Below are positions 29,186 to 38,254 of a stretch of DNA of 64,000 bases, piece after piece. How positions within the stretch are numbered: the stretch's first letter is position 1; each line of letters starts with the position of its first letter. The translations under genes were made by a program, and so were the position numbers. Source of the DNA: Eubacteriales bacterium (GTDB taxonomy: Bacteria; Bacillota; Clostridia; Oscillospirales; CAG-272); contig JAZORZ010000042.1 in the NCBI GenBank assembly GCA_045656885.1, positions 6,973-70,972 of the forward strand. Reading direction: 5' to 3'. The notes beneath the pieces were generated by a model. It did not search any database. It saw only the letters and a program-made list of their open reading frames with translations, and was not told the DNA's origin.

Positions 29186-29851
29186 ATGACCTCGATCTTC
29201 AAAAAATATCTTCCCACCATTATGGCAGTTGCTGCCGTTATATCCTTTGTTGGTGCTATTTTGATTTTGGCAATTCCCGTAGCGCGTGCCGACGTGCCTT
29301 ATAAGCAGGTTTTGGGTGTTATCATTGCGGTGTTTATGTTCCTTTTATCGGCACTCATCGCCATCTATCTCTGGCTTAACCGCGATACCGAGCCCAACTT
29401 CTTCCTCTTTGACCGTCAACGCAAGCGCAATATTTCGGTAGATGACCTCACCTTCAAGTTTGCCAACGAACGTCTGTCCTTCTTGCTCACCACCGTCAGC
29501 CAGTCGGCAGAGGGCCTTTGGAAAGAGGACGTTCTCGAGAACGAGCTCAAGCTCGGTTACCGCAAGGTCTACCGCCCGCTTATCGCTTACAAGATGCTTT
29601 ACGATTTGGCAGACAAAAACGTTGATTCCTACTGGGAATATCTCCTGACCGCCACGCCCGAGACCGTTCTTTCCATCGCAAGAGCCCTCGAGCAGGCAGG
29701 GGAGACCGAAATGGTAAAAGCATTCATTTTCATTATGGAAAACTACCGCGGCGAGCCCGCAAAGATCCGCAATTTTGTCCTCGGCAACCAAAAGTACATC
29801 CGCGGCAGAATTATGGCTTACATCAAACGTAACATCGAACTGTTTTATTAA
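29186..29851 (+). CDS. Hypothetical membrane protein (2 N-terminal TM helices + soluble helical domain)
   Basis: 221 aa with a clean RBS (AAAGGA) and its own promoter and terminator. No recognisable motif. Confidence 0.6.
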   Translation: MTSIFKKYLPTIMAVAAVISFVGAILILAIPVARADVPYKQVLGVIIAVFMFLLSALIAIYLWLNRDTEPNFFLFDRQRKRNISVDDLTFKFANERLSFLLTTVSQSAEGLWKEDVLENELKLGYRKVYRPLIAYKMLYDLADKNVDSYWEYLLTATPETVLSIARALEQAGETEMVKAFIFIMENYRGEPAKIRNFVLGNQKYIRGRIMAYIKRNIELFY

Positions 29852-29861
29852 AATAGTATGT

Positions 29862-29897
29862 GGGTGGAACTTCTTGAGAGAAGTTCCACCCTTTTGT
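29862..29897 (+). terminator. Terminator after 29186 gene
   Basis: 13-bp stem gggtggaacttct/agaagttccaccc followed by TTTT. Confidence 0.85.
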
Positions 29898-30044
29898 ATC
29901 TGTCTACTTTATTAACGAGCCGGGCCTCGGTGGCACCTGCGAGTTAGCGGCAGCAAAAGCGAGGTTTTATACCTCGCGCCGTCTGTCTATCCGTTTGCTA
30001 ACGAATTTATTTGGTTATTTTTGTGCGAGAGTTCTTGAAAGGGG

Positions 30045-30080
30045 CGTGGGGGGAAATTCTTGCAAGAAGTTTCCCCCACG
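30045..30080 (-). terminator. Hairpin downstream of GH4 gene (weak U-tract)
   Basis: Stem cgtgggggaaattctt/aagaagtttcccccacg. Its sequence is related to the hairpin at 29862. Confidence 0.45.
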
Positions 30081-30100
30081 TAAAATCGCGTCCTATTCAA

Positions 30101-31420
30101 TTAAAATACAGGGTATCCAGCTTTGGTATGTGCTTCTACGAGGTCGTTGCACATAGCCACGATCTCATCGGTAGAGAGCTGTGCACCGGTGTGCGGATCC
30201 ATCATAGCCGCTTGATAGAGATGCTCGATCTTACCCGTGCGCGCTGCCTCAATGGTGAGGAGCTGAGGGTAGATGTTGGAGCAGTTCATAGCGGCGAGTT
30301 GAAGGGGAAGATCACCCACATAGGTAGGCGTTACGCCGTTGTTGTCAACAAGGCAGGGAACCTCAACGCACGCCTCGCGAGGCAGGTTGGAGATGCAACC
30401 GTTGTTGAGAATGTTACCGCCAATCTTATAAGGGGTATTCGTCCAGATCGCTTCCATAATGCGAGATGCATATTCGTGCGAACGGGTGTGCTGAACGTTA
30501 CCGCCGTTGAGAATTTCCTCTTTTTGCTTTTGCCAATGTTCGATTTGGGCAATGCAGCGACGCGGATATTCATCAAGCGGAATGTTAAACTTTTCAATCA
30601 AATCTTCGCGGCCGGGCTTGATGTAGAAGGGATTGTACTCGGCATTGTGCTCGCTGCTTTCGGTGCAATAGTAGCCAAGCTTTTCAATGTAGTCAAAGCG
30701 AACCATGTCCCAATGCTTTTGTGTGGCATTCTTTTCCTTGGCGCGACGCTTGATTTCGGGATAGAGGTCGTTGCCGTCCTTGTCGTGGATCTCAAGCAAC
30801 CACGCCATGTGGTTAATACCTGCAATTTTGGTTTGTACGGTTTTGGGATCAATATCAAATCCAAGAATTTCGAGAAGAATGGGCGCGCATACCTGAACAC
30901 TGTGGCAAAGACCAACCGTCTTTACGTTTGTATAGCGTTGCATATAACCCGAAAGAATAGCCATCGGGTTGGTGTAGTTGAGGAACCACGCATTGGGGCA
31001 GACCTCTTCAATATCTTCGGCAAAGCCCTTCATAACGTGAATGGTACGAAGACCGCGCATAATGCCGCCAATACCAAGGGTATCGCCAATGGTTTGGCGC
31101 AGGCCGTACTTTTTGGGCACTTCAAAATCGATAATGGTGCAGGGATCGTAAAGACCTACCTGAATGGCATTTACAACGAAATCGGCACCGCGCAAAGCAT
31201 CCTTGCGCTGGGGAATACCGAGATACTTTTTAATGGTTGCACGGCTCTGGTTAATGGTTTTGTTCATACCCTCAATTACAAGGTAAGATTCTTCCAAACG
31301 AACGGGGTCAATATCGTAAAGTGCTATTTCAACGTCGTGGAACGAGTCACAAAGCATTGTGTCGCCAAGTACGTTTTTGGAGAAAACAGTGCTACCCGCA
31401 CCCATAAATGTAACTTTCAT
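30101..31420 (-). CDS. Glycoside hydrolase family 4 (alpha-galactosidase/alpha-glucosidase, NAD+/Mn2+-dependent)
   Basis: 439 aa with an N-terminal Rossmann motif MKVTFMGAGSTVF, plus GLCHS and NYTNPM motifs typical of GH4. Confidence 0.88.
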   Translation of the reverse strand: MKVTFMGAGSTVFSKNVLGDTMLCDSFHDVEIALYDIDPVRLEESYLVIEGMNKTINQSRATIKKYLGIPQRKDALRGADFVVNAIQVGLYDPCTIIDFEVPKKYGLRQTIGDTLGIGGIMRGLRTIHVMKGFAEDIEEVCPNAWFLNYTNPMAILSGYMQRYTNVKTVGLCHSVQVCAPILLEILGFDIDPKTVQTKIAGINHMAWLLEIHDKDGNDLYPEIKRRAKEKNATQKHWDMVRFDYIEKLGYYCTESSEHNAEYNPFYIKPGREDLIEKFNIPLDEYPRRCIAQIEHWQKQKEEILNGGNVQHTRSHEYASRIMEAIWTNTPYKIGGNILNNGCISNLPREACVEVPCLVDNNGVTPTYVGDLPLQLAAMNCSNIYPQLLTIEAARTGKIEHLYQAAMMDPHTGAQLSTDEIVAMCNDLVEAHTKAGYPVF

Positions 31421-31466
31421 ATCCTCAAATCCTTTCCATACAATGGTAATTTTATAGATTATCTAA

Positions 31467-31495
31467 ACAAAGGAACGCAAAATGCGTTCCTTTGT
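31467..31495 (-). terminator. Terminator after SHOCT membrane protein gene
   Basis: 13-bp stem acaaaggaacgca/tgcgttcctttgt. Confidence 0.65.
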
Positions 31496-31507
31496 GCAAT
31501 GTTCATT

Positions 31508-32218
31508 TTATTTTTCTTCAGCAGGAGCAAGATCAGCAGCGAGAACCTTTTGGGTATATTTTTCATATTGCTCGGGAGTGATTACCTTGCTTGCAAGAAG
31601 GTTTTGGAAGTAAAGAATTTTGCTTTGTGCAGAAGCAGGAAGATTGATGCCGATGTTGTAGGGAAGATCAGAAATACTCTTGGGTTGTTCCTCAACTGCC
31701 TTTTCTTCCGCATTTGCTGTTGCAGGAGCTTGGAGCTGTGCGTTGATCACATCGCGAACGGCAATCGCGTTCTTCAGCTTTCTGATTTTGATTTTCTTAA
31801 AAGGAACGTTCAGGGTAAGACGGGTGCGCTTAGCGGTAACGTTTTTGAGAGAAGAATAGGGGATTTTGCGAACCTTGTTACCTTTTTTGTAGGTGATGGC
31901 ATCGGTAGAAACGATGAGTGTGCGCTTGCGAACAAAGAGGATTCTTGCAAGGATAGCAACAACTACCAAACCTGCAACCACGGTCCACATCTTATCAATC
32001 CAAGAAGCATAGTGGAAGGTGTAGGAGAAGAAAGTATTGCAACAAGTGTCAGCGCAGATTTTATCAGCACCGAGGAACTCAATCAAAAGACACTCATAAG
32101 TGTACAGCGGAATAGCTACTGCGGCAATAATGAAGAGCCAGGGCCAAAAGGTCTTCTTAAAAACGCCGGTTATAATAGCATTTTGGAATGCAATTTTGTT
32201 TTTCTTCTTATTTTTCAT
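31508..32218 (-). CDS. Membrane protein with PH-like middle region and C-terminal SHOCT-like motif
   Basis: 236 aa with 2-3 TM helices. The C-terminal ILYFQNLLASKVITPEQYEKYTQKVL resembles a SHOCT domain. Confidence 0.6.
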   Translation of the reverse strand: MKNKKKNKIAFQNAIITGVFKKTFWPWLFIIAAVAIPLYTYECLLIEFLGADKICADTCCNTFFSYTFHYASWIDKMWTVVAGLVVVAILARILFVRKRTLIVSTDAITYKKGNKVRKIPYSSLKNVTAKRTRLTLNVPFKKIKIRKLKNAIAVRDVINAQLQAPATANAEEKAVEEQPKSISDLPYNIGINLPASAQSKILYFQNLLASKVITPEQYEKYTQKVLAADLAPAEEK

Positions 32219-32252
32219 AACTGTAAAACCTCCAATAAGTTTTCATATATAT

Positions 32253-32281
32253 AGTATAACGCGATTTTTGTCCTTTGTCAA
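32253..32281 (-). promoter_or_regulatory. Sigma-A promoter for 31508-32218 gene
   Basis: On the minus strand, TTGACA - 17 bp - TATACT. Confidence 0.7.
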
Positions 32282-32314
32282 GGGCAAAGGGGAAAAAGAT
32301 TCCAAAAACGCTTA

Positions 32315-32512
32315 TTAATTCTGCTTTTGCACGCTTTTATATTCGTCATAATAGCGATAGTAAGGGCAGGATTGATGCTTTTGCGTCAAAAATCGCACCA
32401 TTTCGTCCTCGTCCAAATTCATTTGGCAGGAGTAGGTGTCCCAATCCTCATCGTAATCGTAAAATACGCAGTCCTCGCAGCTGGATTCGCGCTTTTTCTT
32501 GTTTTGTTCCAT
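32315..32512 (-). CDS. Small acidic Cys-containing protein, unknown function
   Basis: 65 aa containing CEDCVFYDYDEDWDTYSCQMNLDEDEM...SCPYY. The RBS is GAGGTGA. Confidence 0.55.
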   Translation of the reverse strand: MEQNKKKRESSCEDCVFYDYDEDWDTYSCQMNLDEDEMVRFLTQKHQSCPYYRYYDEYKSVQKQN

Positions 32513-32595
32513 AAGTTATCACCTCGTTTTTCTTAATTGTATCACTTTTTTGCGAGTTTGTCAATTTTATCTGCAAAAAATATGGAAAAAATACA

Positions 32596-32624
32596 TTGAC
32601 ATTTCTCTAAAAAAATGTTATACT
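32596..32624 (+). promoter_or_regulatory. Sigma-A promoter for lysine riboswitch leader
   Basis: TTGACA - 17 bp - TATACT. Confidence 0.75.
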
Positions 32625-32659
32625 AAGTGCATCACAATAGCATATTTGGTTTGATGATC

Positions 32660-32822
32660 AAAGGATAGAGGTGCGGAATTTATGAGTCGTGCGAGCACAT
32701 TCTCGGAAAAAGAGAACGCACAAAAGGAAATTCTGCCGAAGCAGACCGATTTTTTCCGTCGGTTTCGCTGGGGAATGCGGAAATACCGTATTCACTGTCA
32801 CGCAAGTGGAGAACTATCAATG
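32660..32822 (+). promoter_or_regulatory. Lysine riboswitch (L-box) aptamer
   Basis: The conserved core is present: GATAGAGGTGCGG (32664), GAGT (32684), GCCGAAG (32735), GCTGGGG (32767), CACTGTCA (32793) and GGAGAACTATC (32808). P1 closes through GATAG/CTATC. Confidence 0.85.
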
Positions 32823-32859
32823 AAACGTTGAGAAAAGAGCATTTTCGTATTGTTTTGTT

Positions 32860-32892
32860 GCGTAGCACTTCGCTACGCCTTTTCTTTTTTCT
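32860..32892 (+). terminator. Riboswitch expression-platform terminator
   Basis: Stem gcgtagc/gctacgc followed by CTTTTCTTTTTT, about 35 nt before the transporter start. Confidence 0.8.
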
Positions 32893-32926
32893 TCGACCGA
32901 TAATTTGCAAAAGAAAGGAAAAGCTT

Positions 32927-34600
32927 ATGTCAAAAACACAAAAAATCACGTTGGCGGCCGCTGCACTTGTCATCATTGTTATGTTGGTTATTGCCGGTGT
33001 TACCGGCGGCGCTATGAGCGAGGTAGCATGTATTGACTGCCATTCCACCGGCCTTGTTGACGGGGATGCATGCGAAACCTGCGGCGGTACCGCACAGGTA
33101 CGCGGCAACTTCTGGGCACTTGTTCCGCCCGTTATCGCCATTGGGCTTGCTCTGATTACCAAAGAGGTATATAGCTCTCTCTTCATCGGTATTGTTTCCG
33201 GTGCTTTGCTCTATACCAACTTCAATCCCATCACTACCATTGATGCCGCTCTTACCGAGGCACTTATCCCCGCTGTTAGTGATACAGCAGGCATCTTTAT
33301 CTTCCTTGTTGAATTAGGCATTCTCGTAGCCCTTATCAATAGGGCAGGCGGCTCTGCGGCGTTTGGCAAGTGGGCACAAACCCACATCAAAACCCGTGTA
33401 GGTGCTATTCTTGCTACGTTTGCTCTCGGTGTTTTGATTTTTGTGGACGACTATTTCAACTGCCTCACGGTCGGTTCCGTTATGCGTCCCGTAACCGATG
33501 CACACAAGGTTTCCCGTGCAAAGCTCTCTTACATCATTGATGCAACGGCAGCACCCATCTGTATGATCGCTCCTATCTCCAGCTGGGCAGCGGCAGTCTC
33601 GCAGTATGCCGAGGACGGCAAAGGACTTGACCTGTTTATTTCCGCTATTCCGTTCAATTTCTATTCGCTCTTGACCTTTGTATTCATCATTGGTCTTTCC
33701 GTTTTGGGCTTTGACTACGGCTCTATGAGAATTCATGAGTTCAATGCCGTGAACAACGGAGATCTTTATACCTCGGGCGAAAGAGCAGAGTCTGCTCCCG
33801 TAGAGCCCTCTGCCAAGGGCAAGATCATTGACCTCATTTTCCCGATTGCAGTTTTGATCGTTGTTTGCGTATTTGCACTTGTTTATAACGGCGGTATTCT
33901 TGACGGTGAAGATTTCATCACGGCCTTCTCCAATACCGACGCAACCGTAGCACTCCCGTGGGGTGGCTTGATCACGCTGGTGATCGCTATGATCTACTAT
34001 GCATGCCGCAACTCGATGGCACTCAAGGATATGATGGAGTGCGTTCCTTCCGGCTTTATTGCCATGGTTCCCGCAATTCTCATTCTTACCTTTGCAACTG
34101 CGCTCAAGAACATTACATCCTTGATGGGTGCTAAGTACTTTGTAGCAGACCTGATGAACAGTGCAGCGGCAGAGCTCAATCTCTTCCTGCCTGCAATTAT
34201 TTTCCTGGTTGCTTGTGTGCTTGCATTTGCAACGGGTACCTCTTGGGGAACCTTTGGAATTTTAATTCCTATCGTTACCTATATGTTTGGCGCTGACGAT
34301 CCCATTCTCATCATCAGCATGTCGGCTTGTCTGGCAGGTGCGGTTTGCGGCGACCACTGCTCGCCCATTTCCGATACGACGATCATGTCCTCCGCCGGTG
34401 CAGAATGCAATCACATCAACCATGTGTCCACACAAATGCCTTATGCCATCACGGTGGCGGGTATCTCTTTTGTGATGTTTATCATCGCAGGATTTATTCA
34501 AAATGCGTGGATCTGCTTGCCCATCGGTGTAGCACTCACTATTGCAACCCTGTTTGTTATCAAAAAGATTGTTGAGAAGAAGGAAGCAGTTGCAAAATAA
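32927..34600 (+). CDS. NhaC-family transporter (candidate lysine transporter) with N-terminal TM + CxxC..CxxCGG insert
   Basis: The start was set at the ATG at 32927 (MSKTQK...). It has a multi-TM NhaC-type core and is regulated by the upstream L-box. The track ORF start at 32828 lies inside the leader. Confidence 0.82.
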   Translation: MSKTQKITLAAAALVIIVMLVIAGVTGGAMSEVACIDCHSTGLVDGDACETCGGTAQVRGNFWALVPPVIAIGLALITKEVYSSLFIGIVSGALLYTNFNPITTIDAALTEALIPAVSDTAGIFIFLVELGILVALINRAGGSAAFGKWAQTHIKTRVGAILATFALGVLIFVDDYFNCLTVGSVMRPVTDAHKVSRAKLSYIIDATAAPICMIAPISSWAAAVSQYAEDGKGLDLFISAIPFNFYSLLTFVFIIGLSVLGFDYGSMRIHEFNAVNNGDLYTSGERAESAPVEPSAKGKIIDLIFPIAVLIVVCVFALVYNGGILDGEDFITAFSNTDATVALPWGGLITLVIAMIYYACRNSMALKDMMECVPSGFIAMVPAILILTFATALKNITSLMGAKYFVADLMNSAAAELNLFLPAIIFLVACVLAFATGTSWGTFGILIPIVTYMFGADDPILIISMSACLAGAVCGDHCSPISDTTIMSSAGAECNHINHVSTQMPYAITVAGISFVMFIIAGFIQNAWICLPIGVALTIATLFVIKKIVEKKEAVAK

Positions 34601-34605
34601 ACCAT

Positions 34606-34643
34606 AAAAAAAGCCCTGCGTGCTTAACACGCAGGGCATATTT
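34606..34643. terminator. Bidirectional terminator
   Basis: 10-bp stem gccctgcgtg/cacgcagggc flanked by an A-run and a T-run. Confidence 0.85.
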
Positions 34644-35360
34644 TTATACCATTTCCTCAATGTGATAAATATAATCGAGAGAACGCAACGCCTCAATGAT
34701 TTGGCTGTGCGTTTTGTATTTTTTGAGCTCTTGACTGCTGATAGAAATGGAAATGGAATACACGCTCAGTCCCGAATGCTGGTAAGCGGTGTTCATTTCA
34801 ATATCGTCGATCTTCATTCCAAGCTCGCGAATGGTGGTAACAAAGTTTTGCAGATACGCGATATTTTTCAGCTCCAAATGTACCTCAAAGTGATTGGAAC
34901 GGTTCTTGAAATAACGTTCCATACGGGGGAATACCGAAAGGGTGCAGATGAACGCGATGTAAGAAGCAATTGTTACGGTGTAGAAGCCCGCACCGATGCA
35001 TAGACCAAGAATGGCACTTGCCCAAAGAGCCACAGAGGTGGTGAGCCCCTTGATTTGGCTACGGGAGCTATACAGAATGGAATTTACGGTAATAATGGCA
35101 ACCGCAACAATGCTTGCGGCAGAAATGAGGTAAAGTCCGCTTTGTGCGCTGCTGAGCAAATAGAGGTCAAGCAGCATAGCAATGGTGGTTGCAAGCGAAA
35201 CGACCATAAAGGTACGCAAGCCCGCCGCGTGACGCTTCGATGAACGCTCAAATCCAAGGTAAGCGGAAAGCAAAAGCGAGAGAGCTATACGTAAAATAAT
35301 AGAAAATGGAGTTAGCTCAGATGCCCAAGCACCGAGTAAATTGGCAATAGGATCGATCAT
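34644..35360 (-). CDS. mgtC: MgtC/SapB family membrane protein
   Basis: 238 aa. The N-terminus LRIALSLLLSAYLGFERSSKRHAAGLRTF is the MgtC signature, and a C-terminal ACT-like domain is present. Confidence 0.85.
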   Translation of the reverse strand: MIDPIANLLGAWASELTPFSIILRIALSLLLSAYLGFERSSKRHAAGLRTFMVVSLATTIAMLLDLYLLSSAQSGLYLISAASIVAVAIITVNSILYSSRSQIKGLTTSVALWASAILGLCIGAGFYTVTIASYIAFICTLSVFPRMERYFKNRSNHFEVHLELKNIAYLQNFVTTIRELGMKIDDIEMNTAYQHSGLSVYSISISISSQELKKYKTHSQIIEALRSLDYIYHIEEMV

Positions 35361-35371
35361 ATCAATTCTCC

Positions 35372-36823
35372 TTACTTTTTGTTACTGTGAAGATGCCGTA
35401 CTGAGGGACGAGTTGCCGCATAATGCTCTTCGGCTGCTTCGTTAAAGGCCTCTTCATTTTCTTCATTGAGGGGGACAGGGGGAATTTGCTCTTGAATTTT
35501 TTGAATGCGCTCAATCAAAAGCTCAACCTCTGTACGCGGTTTGTCAGTAGGAGCAAGCGCCTCTTCGGGAACAAGATCCTCGAGCTTGTTGGAATACGCA
35601 CCCGAATAATAAAGTGAAAGCTTTGCACATGCAGGACCAACGATTTCATACAGAATGGCAGATGCCAAAATAACGGTTTCAAGCGCAAGACCTACCTCGC
35701 CGCCAAGGGCACGTGCACCCGTAGCTGCAAGGGGAATGGCAACGCCGGCTTGGGGAATGAGTGCAAGGCCCAGCAGGTTGCGTACACGCTTTTCCTTGCC
35801 CGCAAGGATCGAGCCGACAAACGCGCCGGCATACTTGCCCACAATACGCACGCCAAAGTACAAAAGACCGACAACGATCAAGGGGAGTGCACCGATTGAG
35901 CCGACCGACGAAAACAGTGTATCCAAACGGAAGTTTACACTGGAACGAACAAAAAACAAAAGCAGAATGGGGGGGCTAAAGTAGTTGAGCTGCTTGAAAA
36001 GCTTATCGTCGCCCGAAATGTTGATGTAAACGGTACCCATCGACATGCAACCAAGCAGAGGGGAAATATCAAAGAGCGCACAAATGCCGCAGAATGCAAA
36101 CAAAAGGGCAATAGAAATGATCAACCGGTTATCGGTCGAGCGTTTTTTTGGCATCAGCAGCTTCATAAATACGCCAAACAGTCCGCCAAGGAGAAGAACA
36201 CCAAGGTTAGAAGCAAGCGGCATCAAAACACTGCTTGCCGAAATGCTTTCACCCGAGCCAAGAGACACGGCTACCGAAATGGCAATTCCGTATGCCAAAA
36301 GTGCCACAATGTTATCCAGCGCCACGACCTGCAAAAGGGTGTTTACAAAGTCTCCCTTAGCACCTGTTTGACGAATGGTCATCATGGTAGATGCAGGAGC
36401 AGTTGCCGCGGCAAGCGCCGCCAACACGATAGAAAAACCGAGCTGCAAGCGCAAAATAAAATAGGAAAGAATAAAAATAACGATGGACGCAACGCCTGCC
36501 TCAAGCAGTGTAATGAGAGCCACGCGAGGACCGTTCTTCTTCAAAATAGACACCTTGAAGAACTCACCGGTTGTAAAGGAGATCAGTGCAAGTGCAATAT
36601 CCGAAAGAAAGTCCATTCCTTGCACCACATTCGTAGGAATGAGATCAAGACAGTAAGGACCTATGAGAATACCCGCCAAAATATATGCCGTTACGTTTGG
36701 CAATCGCATCAGCTTTGTCAGTCGTGTCATTGCAAAGCCAAAAAACAGCATGCAAGCAATCGATATAATGACCGTTGCAACGGGGGGCATCCCGGCCAAC
36801 ATTTCATGCAATTTGTCCAGCAT
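35372..36823 (-). CDS. Cation:proton antiporter (CPA2/Kef-type Na+/H+ exchanger family)
   Basis: The start was set at the ATG at 36823 behind AAGGAG. It has 11-13 TM helices and begins ...LPNVTAYILAGILIGP. The gap to mgtC is 11 nt, so the two likely form an operon. Confidence 0.8.
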   Translation of the reverse strand: MLDKLHEMLAGMPPVATVIISIACMLFFGFAMTRLTKLMRLPNVTAYILAGILIGPYCLDLIPTNVVQGMDFLSDIALALISFTTGEFFKVSILKKNGPRVALITLLEAGVASIVIFILSYFILRLQLGFSIVLAALAAATAPASTMMTIRQTGAKGDFVNTLLQVVALDNIVALLAYGIAISVAVSLGSGESISASSVLMPLASNLGVLLLGGLFGVFMKLLMPKKRSTDNRLIISIALLFAFCGICALFDISPLLGCMSMGTVYINISGDDKLFKQLNYFSPPILLLFFVRSSVNFRLDTLFSSVGSIGALPLIVVGLLYFGVRIVGKYAGAFVGSILAGKEKRVRNLLGLALIPQAGVAIPLAATGARALGGEVGLALETVILASAILYEIVGPACAKLSLYYSGAYSNKLEDLVPEEALAPTDKPRTEVELLIERIQKIQEQIPPVPLNEENEEAFNEAAEEHYAATRPSVRHLHSNKK

Positions 36824-36854
36824 CTTTTTTCTCCTTTCCGTAAGATAGAGATTT

Positions 36855-36883
36855 ATTATATCATAATATGAAGAAAATGTCAA
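36855..36883 (-). promoter_or_regulatory. Consensus sigma-A promoter for CPA2-mgtC operon
   Basis: On the minus strand, TTGACA - 17 bp - TATAAT. Confidence 0.75.
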
Positions 36884-36892
36884 TATTTCCAC

Positions 36893-36922
36893 AAAAAAAG
36901 GTCGCAAAAAACGACCTTTTTT
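36893..36922. terminator. Terminator after rpe
   Basis: Stem aaaggtcg/cgaccttt with flanking A-runs and T-runs. Confidence 0.75.
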
Positions 36923-36936
36923 ATCTATATTTATTA

Positions 36937-37611
36937 TTATTTATCTTGCCAAGGGAATTCTTCGGCAATCTTTCTCATTTTTGTAATGGTCTCACGCGGT
37001 TTCTTTGCGCCAAAGATCGAAGAGCCGGCAACTATAATATTTGCGCCTGCCTCGGTAACAAGATGTACGTTTTCGGTCTTAATGCCGCCGTCAACCTGCA
37101 CGTCGAGCTTCAGTCCCATATTCTTGGCGTAACGGCGCACCGTACGAACCTTATCCAAGGTCTCGGGAATGAGTGCCTGACCGCCGAAGCCGGGAACAAC
37201 CGTCATAATGAGTGCCATATCGATTTTAGAAAGATAAGGCAACAAACGCTCCACGGGGGTTGCAGGGGAGATCGCCAAACCGCAACGCATCTCGCGGCGT
37301 TTAATGTCCGCAATGGTTGCATCAAGGTCTTGGCAAGCTTCCAGGTGAACGGTAATGATATCCGCGCCCGCCTTTACAAAGTCGTCAATGTAACGAATGG
37401 GCTCGTTGATCATCAAATGTACGTCAAAGATCAGATTGCTGTGCGGACGCAGAGATGCGATAACGGGTGCACCAAAGCTGATGTTGGGCACAAAAGCACC
37501 GTCCATTACGTCCAAATGAAGATAATTGGCACCGGCATCGGACATCTTCTTGACTTCCGATTGCAAATTGGCGAAGTCAGCCGCCAACAAAGAGGGCGCA
37601 ATATAAATCAT
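36937..37611 (-). CDS. rpe: Ribulose-phosphate 3-epimerase
   Basis: The start was set at 37611 (MIYIAPSLLAADF...). HLDVMDG and DGG motifs are present. Confidence 0.93.
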   Translation of the reverse strand: MIYIAPSLLAADFANLQSEVKKMSDAGANYLHLDVMDGAFVPNISFGAPVIASLRPHSNLIFDVHLMINEPIRYIDDFVKAGADIITVHLEACQDLDATIADIKRREMRCGLAISPATPVERLLPYLSKIDMALIMTVVPGFGGQALIPETLDKVRTVRRYAKNMGLKLDVQVDGGIKTENVHLVTEAGANIIVAGSSIFGAKKPRETITKMRKIAEEFPWQDK

Positions 37612-37771
37612 AAACAATCCTTTCTGCAAAATTTGCATAGTGCGTGTAGAATTTTGTCAAAATAGGGAATGGGAGCATAAAATACTACCAAAGACTCGTA
37701 TCACACGCGCGGACGGGATAGGTAAGAGATAGGATGTCAGGGCTTATTTTCCGTAGCGGCGGATACTTTCT

Positions 37772-38254
37772 TTACGCGCGAAAAAGGAGACAGACGGCGT
37801 GAGCCGCAATACCAAGTCCTTCACCTGTAAAGCCGAGGTGCTCCTCGGTGGTGGCCTTAACGCCAATGGCATCAAGGGGGAGATCCAGTGCGGTTGCAAT
37901 GTTCTCGCGCATTTGTTGAATGTAAGGCGAGAGACGCGGTGCCTGTGCTACAACGGTGGCATCGATATTGCCGATCTGCCATCCTTTTTCGCGTATCAGT
38001 TCGGCTGTGCGGGAGAGGAGAATACGGCTATCAATGTTTTTGTAAGCGGGGTCGGTATCGGGAAAATGCTTTCCAATATCGCCCAGTGCCAAAGCCCCGA
38101 TGAGGGAGTCACAAATAGCGTGCAAAAGCACGTCGGCGTCGGAGTGACCGAGCAGCCCTTTTTCGTAAGGAACTGTAACACCGCCCAAGATCAATGCTCT
38201 GTCGGGGACAAGCCGATGCACGTCATAGCCGTGACCTACACGGAAATTGCACAT
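37772..38254 (-). CDS. ispF: 2-C-methyl-D-erythritol 2,4-cyclodiphosphate synthase
   Basis: Contains the motifs GHGYDVHRL and [13 protein letters not shown]. Its start overlaps the ispD stop (TAATG). Confidence 0.95.
   Translation of the reverse strand: MCNFRVGHGYDVHRLVPDRALILGGVTVPYEKGLLGHSDADVLLHAICDSLIGALALGDIGKHFPDTDPAYKNIDSRILLSRTAELIREKGWQIGNIDATVVAQAPRLSPYIQQMRENIATALDLPLDAIGVKATTEEHLGFTGEGLGIAAHAVCLLFRA

Noticed and set aside
30011-32254. 747-aa plus-strand ORF spanning the GH4 gene, an intergenic terminator and the SHOCT membrane protein gene
   Set aside because: It lies opposite two well-supported minus-strand genes and runs through their terminator hairpin. Its translation has no motifs, and it starts at a TTG inside another hairpin region. 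It is a shadow ORF produced by stop-poor antisense frames.
37625-37637. Palindrome TGCAAA-A-TTTGCA just upstream of the rpe RBS, considered as an operator
   Set aside because: It is a single short AT-rich palindrome in an AT-rich leader. No second copy or adjacent regulator gene is present, and it could occur by chance.
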